Assembly: GCA_964035545.1 (NCBI GenBank)
Contig: OZ037767.1
Coordinates: forward strand, 17,419,781 to 17,483,780
DNA: 64,000 nt
Source: Bugula neritina
Lineage: Eukaryota; Animalia; Bryozoa
Direction: 5' to 3'
The notes under the pieces were generated by a model. The model was not told where the DNA came from. It saw nothing but the letters and a program-made list of their open reading frames with translations, and made no database searches. Within the stretch, counting starts at the first letter, position 1. Each line of letters begins with the position of its first letter. This document shows positions 39,817-51,800 of the stretch, piece by piece. The position numbers and the translations under genes were made by a program.

Positions 39817-42800
39817 TCAGTGGGAGCCTTTCCGGTTGATAGTCTCTCCGCTGGCCTTTCGTAGAGTAGTTATAGTCGGTATGCTATCTCTCTTCTTACC
39901 GTCTACAACACAGTCTAAACTCTAATACTTTCTACAACAACACAGTCTAATACAACGTGGTATCATATATGTAGACCTATTGTAGAATGGACACACAGAC
40001 AGATCACCAGCTCAGTAACAAATAACAAATACAGTAAATGTGGGTCATCAGATTATAAATACTGAGTTAATAGAAAAAGATAAAACATATAAAATAATAA
40101 TCTAATGCCAACTGGCCTCGCTGGGTTTATGACCGGTTCCTTTGAAGTGAACAGAGCTGATGGGTGTAGCTGGGACATTAGCCCAGATAATGTACACACA
40201 GTAATGTATTTACCATATTAATTTACTTTTAATTATATATGAGAAACATGACTGGGAAAGCACATTAAACAAATGTAATATTTATTATTACTGTAAACAC
40301 AATATAATGGTCTCTATAATTTGCTTGTAAAGCTCATTGCCAGACTATTAATGGTGCATGGAAAAATCATTAGGACCATATTTATAGCGTCTCTAAGCAA
40401 CTAATTTCAATTTTATTATCAAAGCCCTTTGAAATGGCAGTTTACATGCACTGGTCTGAAGGAAACAGGATGGACAGCTGTGAAGGAGGCTGTCATTGGC
40501 TATCGCCTGGAAACAAAGTTAAGATGGAGGAAGTTCACCAGGAAATATTAGTCTGCATCGTGGGTGGTCTGGGGTGAGTCACCAATCCAAATATTTAGAC
40601 ATAAAAATACTAAACTACTACTCAATAAAATTAACTTTTAATGTTTTTCAAATGATTTTTAGAGATTAAATTTCCAGTTCCAGCAACAGCAATAGAAATA
40701 TAAGTTCACTAGAGAAAGGCCATAACCCCAGCAGCACACACCTCAGAATAAAAAAGTTTTATTTGAAAAATATATATTATTAGAGAGGAACAGGAAATGA
40801 AAGGTGAAGGTCGTACCATTAGAAAGTTCTACCCGCCTTCTAGTGGTGGAGCTGCCAGCAGAGCTGAGGGGGGAGCCCCCTGTCGTACCTCTAGAAATAA
40901 GAGTATTGCAAAGATAGAAGGAAATCACGGAGAAATAGAAAGCAAATTATTAGAGCAGCTGTAGAAACAGAAACTGGCTAATCGCAGCCAAGGTTAGATA
41001 AATTACGAAATCGTACCTGGGCGTGGTTCTACCTTTGCTAAATATAGTATATTATATATAGTATATTATATATAGGTATAGTATATTATATAATATAATA
41101 AATATAGTATATTATATATAATAAATTAGTATACTATACATATTATATCCCAACATAACGGAAAGGGTAGAGCACATCGTCACACAAGTAAAACACACAT
41201 TTAATAACCAAAATAATATTGAATATAATTGGTCACAATGCTCAACATAGTTTGTGTAAACTGGTTAGATTTTATTCTAATATAAAGAGAGAAATTCGTA
41301 CCCAGTACTTCTGGTAGAGCCGGCGCTGTTTATACTCGCACTGCTTCCTGTGGAGTTAGGACTGCCTACATTACGACTAGATGAGGCGTGTTTCACACCT
41401 CTTCCCGGCATAAAACTGCGTGCTGCAAACAGAACCAGGTGATTGTGATACAGTACTGAGAGGTGATATTAAAGTACTGAGATGTGATATTAAAGTACTG
41501 AGAGGTGATATTAAAGTACTGAGATGTGATATTAAAGTACTGAGAGGTGATATTAAAGTACTGAGATGTGATATTAAAGTACTGAGAGGTGATATTAAAG
41601 TACTGAGATGTGATATTAAAGTACTGAGATGTGATATTAAAGTACTGAGATGTGATATTAAAGTACTGAGAGGTGATATTAAAGTACTGAGATGTGATAT
41701 TAAAGTACTGAGAGGTGATATTAAAGTACTGAGATGTGATATTAAAGTACTGAGATGTGATATTAAAGTACTGAGAGGTGATATTAAAGTACTGAGATGT
41801 GATATTAAAGTACTGAGAGGTGATATTAAAGTACTGAGAGGTGATATTAAAGTACTGAGAGGTGATATTAAAGTACTGAGAGGTGATATTAAAGTACTGA
41901 GATGTGATATTAAAGTACTGAGAGGTGATATTAAAGTACTGAGAGGTGATATTAAAGTACTGAGAGGTGATATTAAAGTACTGAGATGTGATATTAAAGT
42001 ACTGAGAGGTGATATTAAAGTACTGAGATGTGATATTAAAGTACTGATAGGTGATATTAAAGTACTGAGATGTGATATTAAAGTACTGAGATGTGATATT
42101 AAAGTACTGAGAGGTGATATTAAAGTACTGAGATGTGATATTAAAGTACTGAGATGTGATATTAAAGTACTGAGATGTGATATTAAAGTACTGAGAGGTG
42201 ATATTAAAGTACTGAGAGGTGATATTAAAGTACTGAGAGGTGATATTAAAGTACTGAGATGTGATATTAAAGTACTGAGAGGTGATATTAAAGTACTGAG
42301 ATGTGATATTAAAGTACTGAGATGTGATATTAAAGTACTGAGATGTGATATTAAAGTACTGAGATGTGATATTAAAGTACTGAGAGGTGATATTAAAGTA
42401 CTGAGAGGTGATATTAAAGTACTGAGAGGTGATATTAAAGTACTGAGAGGTGATATTAAAGTACTGAGATGTGATATTAAAGTATGAGATGTAAACTCAT
42501 TGAGCTGCTGAAATACCGACCTGTGCCAGCAGAAGACGGCCCCGCGACGCCGTTCACTGCGGGAGGAGTGGATGACTTGAGGGTGTGCTGCGAGTGGCGG
42601 CGGGGTTCCTTGCCACCAGGGGGCAGCGGGATCTTAGATGCTGTTGAATAGGAAACTGGAGATTAGTGTATGACTAACACAAGAGATTACAGGTGCTACG
42701 ATACAAAGCAAACATTGAAAAATATGTTTATTTGATAAGATGATAATCTGGTGGTCACATGGCAGGTGTGCGTTACGCTTGTGTGGTGACACAGTGCTAT

Positions 42801-45800
42801 TTCTAGATAAACTAACACGATATTAGCATTTCTGTTGGGTGTTGAGTGAAATGGATTAAAGGAATTGAATTTTATAGGATAAGTAAGTTGACTGAAGATG
42901 ATAAGGCAGTTTAGCGGAGAGGATAATGCCCAGCTTATCTCCTCACTAAAGTCACTACAAGATCAATAAATCCTCGGATAATCTTTCTAACAGCAGCTCA
43001 GAGCGAATCTCTCCAACCAGATTTACAAAAAGTCATGTAAGAACAATCTAATTACTTTACTTGTTGGTTTTATTACTACGAGCTGTGCACCTGCCCGTCT
43101 CTGTCACACTCATTGAATATCTCGTACGTCTGCTACTGAGTAAAGAGAGAACGTTAAGGCTACACCTACCCTTGCCGCTGTTGGCAGCTTTCTTTTCTAA
43201 AGTCTGCTTAGATGACGCTGACTTTGTGGAAACTCCAGAAGAACTGTTGCTGGACTTTTTCTCTCCCTTCTTCTTGGCGCCTCCAGCAGCGGCCTGCTCT
43301 GCTTCCTCTTCGCGCTTCTCTCTTTCTTCCTGTGAAATACAGCATCTCACATGAAGCAAACAGCACCTGGGGAGTGGGAGACACTAATTCTAATCTTAAA
43401 CCGAGCTAATGCGTGACCAGGCATTGGAGTGGAGGTCTTAGCGTTCCTTAGCAGTCAATTAGTACAGGCAGAGCACACTTTCACTGATTTGCATCAGGAA
43501 TTTCAGGAAATTCATCAGATTTGATGAAAAATTAAAGAGCAGCCACTGAAGGAATTGGGAATAAATTAGTCAAATGAATGAAGATGTGGGGATAATGATT
43601 CTAGGAATTGCAAATGAGGCAGTAATTACTGCTATCACTATTTTATTCTCATATTTTCACACATGAGTTTCTGTCAACAAGCAATAACTGGTCAATAACT
43701 TAGCCCACCATATCACTTATCCCACCATATCACTTAGCCCACCATATCACTTAGCCCACCATATCACTTATCCCACCATATCACTTAGCCCACCATATCA
43801 CTTAGCCCACCATATCACTTAGCCCACCATATCACTTAGCCCACCATATCACTTAGCCCACCATATCACTTAGCCCACCATATTAATAAACTCACCATCT
43901 CAATAAGCAGACGTTCTTCAGCCTCTCTCTGCTGATCCACCAGGTTGTCTTCTGTGATGTTACGTCTTGACAACATGGACTCGTGAATTATCCTGCAGGT
44001 AAATGAATACGACATGAAATACACCTGCAGACTCACAATATAGATGATAATGTGCTGACAGTAAGGAGGTACACACTTGATATCAAAATATATAAGAGAA
44101 AACAGGAAATAACCCACAATGCTGTGATGCAGTCTTTGGCTGGAAGGCGTGTGAGATACGCTGGTATATGTTTCTTAAGAGAAAATCTGATAAAACATAT
44201 CCTACCCGCCATGTTCCACCAGCCAAAACCTACCCACCATAGACACTAGCTACATAGAACTACTCTGATTGGTCAACAGAAGTATCTCACCGATCTAATT
44301 GGTCGACAGTGACCTTGAGCTGGGCAAGTACGTCTCGATCCCGCTCGTTGATGAGTAACTTCCGGACGTGAGATTCAAGGAGTTGGAGGAGATTTCTATC
44401 GGCTGGCAGACGTATCGTGTTCTTTAAACTCGGCATTATCTGACACAACCTTGACATACCCACAATGCACTGTTAGTGTTTGATGAGAATGAGGGGAATA
44501 TTTTAATTCATAAAACATGTCACAATATAGTTCTGTTAGTTGTTTAATCTCTGTGCAAACGTCAATATCAGTATGATAGGAAATGGTTAGGATTCTGCAT
44601 AGATTAAAGATTGTATAATTTACAAAATAAATTATGATGAATTGTTGGGTGAACTGTATTTGGAACAGGAATAGAGAAATTTCAACAGTCCTAGGTTTTC
44701 ACTGTTTAAATAAAGTTTGGTTTGGGGCATGGAACATAACGATGTTATTTTCTCTTTTTATCCAATACCTGCACGAAAAGCTAACTGAGTCAGTCATGTG
44801 ACTACTGAGTCAGTCATGTGACTACTGAGTCAGTCATGTGACTACTGAGTATGTCATGTGACCACTGAGTATGTCATGTGACTACTGAGTATGTCATGTG
44901 ACTACTGAGTATGTCATGTGACCACTGAGTATGTCATGTGACTACTGAGTCAGTCATGTGACTACTGAGTATGTCATGTGACTACTGAGTATGTCATGTG
45001 ACTACTGAGTATGTCATGTAAGAACAGGCTGAGTTAGTTGTACAGGTAGAAGAACAGACTGAGTTAGTTGTACAGGTAGAAGAACAGACTGAGTTAGTTG
45101 TACAGGTAGAAGAACAGGCTGAGTTAGTTGTACAGGTAGAAGAACAGGCTGAGTTAGTTGTACAGGTAGAAGAACAGACTGAGTTAGTTGTACAGGTAGA
45201 AGAACAGGCTGAGTTAGTTGTACAGGTAGAAGAACAGGCTGAGTTAGTTGTACAGGTAGAAGAACAGACTGAGTTAGTTGTACAGGTAGAAGAACAGACT
45301 GAGTTAGTTGTACAGGTAGAAGAACAGACTGAGTTAGTTGTACAGGTAGAAGAACAGACTGAGTTAGTTGTACAGGTAGAAGAACAGACTGAGTTAGTTG
45401 TACAGGTAGAAGAACAGACTGAGTTAGTTGTACAGGTAGAAGAACAAGCTGAGTTAGTTGTACAGGTAGAAGAACAAGATAAGAGGGTCAACACTTGAGA
45501 TAGAGTGTGACTAGAATGACTAGAATAATATTATTCTAATGACATAATCACACAATTACTGTGGGATTAGAGAGCAGGAGATGGGATAATGAGTCATTAA
45601 TTTGCTAATGCCACTTTGTAAGCTAAGCTGTTGAGTGTGTGCATAGCATACACCTAGCAATGGGGGGATTAGACAGTCTATGTCAGTGGATTGGTTACTG
45701 GGCCGTCTCACCACCGGCTGAGGAAATCGTTAGCACTTGGCAGGTTGTTTTGACACACTTGAAGTGATTCCACCCTTTTAACATTTGGCAGGTGATTTCA

Positions 45801-48800
45801 CCATCACTGCCAGGGAATGTGAGTCACGCCAACAGTTCTGGTGTCGGAGTGAAGTCCAGCAGCGAATGCCGCTCAGTTCTCACCTCAGACGGATATTCGG
45901 TACAGGGTCGGAGGACAACTCCAAGATGGCTTCATAAAAGTGCTGCCGGAAGAAGGAGCTGGAGAAGGTGGCAAGAACCTGCTGACAGATGTCAATAAAC
46001 AGCGTCCTGTCTCTGTAGCTCCGGGCTTCAGCAAAATCTACAGTCACATGACTCAATACAGTCACATGACTCAATACAGTCACATGACTCAATGCAGTCA
46101 CATGACTCAATACAGTCACATGACTCAATGCAGTCACATAACACTAATATGACACAGCTAATTAAATATAATTTCTACTAAATTATTTACTGCTAGTTTA
46201 GTTTTCAGCAAGACTTCAGATAACATTTGTTGAATCCTTAAAATTTGATGTTCGAATGAAAATCTCAGCAAGGTCACATGACTAACCTACTACTAGGTCA
46301 CATGACTAACCTACTACTAGGTCACATGACTAACCTACTACTAGGTCACATGACTAACCTACTACAAGGTCACATGACTAACCTGTTATCAACTGCTGAC
46401 AGATTTCTGTTCTCTGTTCAAGTTTCCGATTACATCTGAGATACCTGAGGAGTGCTCTGGTGGCTGCCAGTCGGACAGGAAGTGCTTTCTATAGAGACAA
46501 ACATGAATAGCTGTGAGACAAACATGAATAGCTGTGAGACAAACATGAATAGCTGTGAGACAAACATGAATATCTGTGAGTGATACTATTACTAGAGGTA
46601 CACTATAAGTTATCTCAAAGAGTTTCACACTCTATCAATACACGTTTGATTGTTCCAGCAAGAAAGTGGAACATAGAGTAGAGTTTGAGATTAATTCAGA
46701 GTTACTCTCTCCTTGATGTGAACAGAATCTAAATACAGTATTCAACTTACAGTGAGTGTGTGTGACACACTTACAGAGTACGTGACACACTTACAGAGTA
46801 CGTGACACACTTACAGAGTACGTGACGCACTTACAGAGTACGTGACACACTTACAGAGTACGTGACACACTTACAGAGTACGTGACACACTTACAGAGTG
46901 TGTGTAACACACTTACAGAGTATGTGACGCACTTACAGAGTACGTGACGCACTTACAGAGTACGTGACCCACTTACAGAGTACGTGACATACTTACAGAG
47001 TACGTGACACACTTACAGAGTACGTGACACACTTACAGAGTACGTGACATACTTACAGAGTATGTGACACACTTACAGAGTACGTGACACTTACAGAGTA
47101 CGTGACATACTTACAGAGTACGTGACATACTTACAGCATTATGCAACTTGTCGAGAGTCCTGGGCACCAGTTTGCTGTAGATCTGGTCACTGGACAGAAC
47201 GAGGGTGACGACGGACATGTTGTCTAGAAACTTCTCCTGCAGCCGCCAGTCGTTGGAAGAGAAGATCACCTGCTCACAGGAGAGCAGCGCCGACAGCAGA
47301 TCGGCAGCGTGTGTCTGTTTGTCCGGATTGATGAGTTTGCTGAAAGTGGTGAGGGTGTGGGACATGTTGGAGACGAGGCCGTTGAGAACCTGACAGTATT
47401 CGTCCTTGAAAAGTATAACCAGGTCCTTGAGGAGGAGGGAGAGGTGGGAGCCGATGGTGCGCGACACCTGCAGAGTCAGTATATACTAGTTACTCTACTG
47501 ACTGTATACTAGTTACTCTACTGACTGTATACTAGTTACTCTACTGACTATATACTAGTTACTCTACTGACTATATACTAGTTACTCTACTGACTATATA
47601 CTAGTTACTCTACTGACTATATACTAGTTACTCTACTGACTATATACTAGTTACTCTACTGACTATATACTAGTTACTCTACTGACTATATACTAGTTAC
47701 TCTACTGACTGTATACTAGTTACTCTACTGACTATATACTAGTTACTCTACTGACTGTATACTAGTTACTCTACTGACTATATACTAGTTACTCTACTGA
47801 CTGTATACTAGTTACTCTACTGACTATATACTAGTTACTCTACTGACTGTATACTAGTTACTCTACTGACTATATACTAGTTACTCTACTGACTATATAC
47901 TAGTTACTATACTGACTATAATATACTAGTTACTCTACTGACTGTATACTAGTTACTCTACTGACTATATACTAGTTACTCTACTGACTATATACTAGTT
48001 ACTCTACTGACTATATACTAGTTACTCTACTGACTATATACTAGTTACTCTACTGACTATATACTAGTTACTCTACTGACTATATACTAGTTACTCTACT
48101 GACTATATACTAGTTACTCTACTGACTATATACTAGTTACTCTACTGACTATATACTAGTTACTCTACTGACTGTATACTAGTTACTCTACTGACTATAT
48201 ACTAGTTACTCTACTGACTGTATACTAGTTACTCTACTGACTATATACTAGTTACTCTACTGACTGTATACTAGTTACTCTACTGACTATATACTAGTTA
48301 CTCTACTGACTGTATACTAGTTACTCTACTGACTATATACTAGTTACTCTACTGACTATATACTAGTTACTATACTGACTATAATATACTAGTTACTCTA
48401 CTGACTGTATACTAGTTACTCTACTGACTATATACTAGTTACTCTACTGACTATATACTAGTTACTCTACTGACTATATACTAGTTACTCTACTGACTAT
48501 ATACTAGTTACTCTACTGACTATATACTAGTTACTCTACTGACTGTATACTAGTTACTCTACTGACTATATACTAGTTACTCTACTGACTGTATACTAGT
48601 TACTCTACTGACTATATACTAGTTACTCTACTGACTGTATACTAGTTACTATACTGACTATAATATACTAGTTACTCTACTGACTGTATACTAGTTACTC
48701 TACTGACTATATACTAGTTACTCTACTGACTATATACTAGTTACTCTACTGTATTATATACTAGTTACTCTACTGACTATATACTAGTTACTCTACTGAC

Positions 48801-51800
48801 TATATACTAGTTACTCTACTGACTGTATACTAGTTACTCTACTGACTATATACTAGTTACTCTACTGACTATATACTAGTTACTCTACTGACTATATACT
48901 AGTTACTATACTGACTATATACTAGTTACTCTACTGACTGTATACTAGTTACTCTACTGACTGTATACTAGTTACTCTACTGACTGTATACTAGTTACTC
49001 TACTGACTATATACTAGTTACTCTACTGACTGTATACTAGTTACTCTACTGACTATAATATACTAGTTACTCTACTGACTGTATACTAGTTACTCTACTG
49101 ACTATATACTAGTTACTCTACTGACTATATACTAGTTACTCTACTGTATTATATACTAGTTACTCTACTGACTATATACTAGTTACTCTACTGACTATAT
49201 ACTAGTTACTCTACTGACTGTATACTAGTTACTCTACTGACTGTATACTAGTTACTCTACTGACTGTATACTAGTTACTCTACTGACTGTATACTAGCTA
49301 CTCTACTGACTATATACTAGTTACTCTACTGACTATATACTAGTTACTCTACTGACTATATACTAGCTACTCTACTGACTGTATACTAGTTACTCTACTG
49401 ACTATATACTAGTTACTCTACTGACTATATACTAGTTACTATACTGACTATATACTAGCTACTCTACTGACTGTATACTAGTTACTCTACTGACTATATA
49501 CTAGTTACTCTACTGACTATATACTAGTTACTATACTGACTATATACTAGCTACTCTACTGACTGTATACTAGTTACTCTACTGACTATATACTAGTTAC
49601 TCTACTGACTATATACTAGTTACTCTACTGACTATATACTAGTTACTCTACTGACTGTATACTAGTTACTCTACTGACTGTATACTAGTTACTCTACTGA
49701 CTATATACTAGTTACTATACTGACTATATACTAGTTACTCTACTGACTGTATACTAGTTACTCTACTGACTGTATACTAGTTACTCTACTGACTGTATAC
49801 TAGTTACTCTACTGACTGTATACTAGTTACTCTACTGACTGTATACTAGTTACTCTACTGACTATATACTAGTTACTCTACTGACTGTATACTAGTTACT
49901 CTACTGACTATATACTAGTTACTCTACTGACTATATACTAGTTACTCTACTGACTGTATACTAGTTACTCTACTGACTATATACTAGTTACTCTACTGAC
50001 TATATACTAGTTACTATACTGACTATATACTAGTTACTCTACTGACTGTATACTAGTTACTCTACTGACTGTATACTAGTTACTCTACTGACTGTATACT
50101 AGTTACTCTACTGACTATATACTAGTTACTCTACTGACTATATACTAGTTACTCTACTGACTATATACTAGTTACTCTACTGACTATATACTAGTTACTC
50201 TACTGACTATATACTAGTTACTCTACTGACTCATCACCTCATGGAAGCCGTGGGCCATCGTCTTCCTAACCGGGACACTCGGGTCTCGACACAATCGAGA
50301 GAAACTGCTGGAAAGCTCCGTGTCAAACTTTCCGGGACTTCCAGAGAACAACGTCATTGCCTGGTAACAAGAATAGTATTGCTGAGTTACAGAGATTCAA
50401 AACATGTCATACACCGATATGCGGATATCTGGCAGAGGAAAAGTTCAATAATTTGTTATGGAGTCAAGAAAAGAAAGTCATAAAGGAAGGAGAACTGTTT
50501 CAACACTTGCAATATAATAATAACATATTTTTATTACGTATGTTGTAATAAATTGCGCAGAAACATGCATTATGGAGTTGTCTTCCTTAACTTTCCAAAC
50601 AGAAAAGAGGACAATTCCTAGTTTGAACATTGAGTTAGTAGAGCAAATAACTTTACAGTTTCTAAGCCCTAAGGAATATAAAATACCAGACTAGAACACA
50701 CAGAGTGGAGGCTGTTACATCCACTATTTATCAGTTTAGACTGAAAAGGTCAAGGTGACATAGTTTAGAGTGAGAAGGTCAAGGTGACATAGTTTAGAGT
50801 GGAAAGGTCAAGGTGAAACCCTGCTTACCGGGAAGTTGTAGGCTGCGTTGACTCTACACTCCACAGGCCGGTCATCATCTTGAGCAGCCAATCCTAAAGT
50901 CTGTAACAGAGAGAGCTCAAGTAGAGGGAACACAGGCTTAGCGCATAGCCTGAGTACTGTTACACAGGGACAGACAACTCTGAATACAGCACCATGAAAC
51001 ACTAGCATATAATGTACTGCGTACGCAACTAATACATTGCCCTTAGAACACTGGTCAGGTCTACCGTATAAGGAACAGAAGGAGTGCAAGACACGAGGGG
51101 GTACCTTAGGGGAGGTCCTGTTGTCATTGATGTCGCTCTTAGAGTCAGCATTGCCGACATCAGCCCTGCCCATGCAGCACAGCTTCTTGTAGTAGTCGAG
51201 GAACCACGTCTTCTGAGCGGCGGTCATATTGGGGGAGAGACCGTGGCAGAGCTTGCCGAGGTGCCGCGAGACGACGGGGAGGGTGGAGTCAGCTTCTTGA
51301 AGCGCTGACTGACAGAACTTGACTACCAGGGGGATGATAGTGCTGCCGCAAGTCTCTATAACAGTGAGTACAGAGTAGTTAGAGTGAGTACAGAGTAGTT
51401 AGAGTGAATACAGAGTAGTTAGAGTGAGTACAGAGTGGTTAGAGTGAGTACAGAGTGGTTAGAGTGAGTAGAGAGTAGTTACAGTGAATACAGAGTGGTA
51501 GAAGTTCTGAATGGAACTACAGGAATGTTGGCAGCTAACCAAAGCCAGTCACCAAAATAGAACTGACATCACGTCTTCCTATTCATCAGTGGAAATCATT
51601 CATCATTCTAACCACAGCTGATTCAGTGCCAGAGATAAACACAACCAAATAAACAATAGCATGACTTTCACAACTACTTATAATATAATACAGAGTAGTA
51701 ATATAATACAGAGTAGTAATATAGTACAGAGCAGTAATATAGTACAGAGTAGTAATATAATACAGAGTAGTAATATAGTACAGAGTAGTAATATAATACA

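Noticed and set aside
41420-42487. 355-aa ORF (DIKVLRG/C)n
   Set aside because: It is the translation of a 21-bp intronic repeat, antisense to PPP4R4, with no ATG start.
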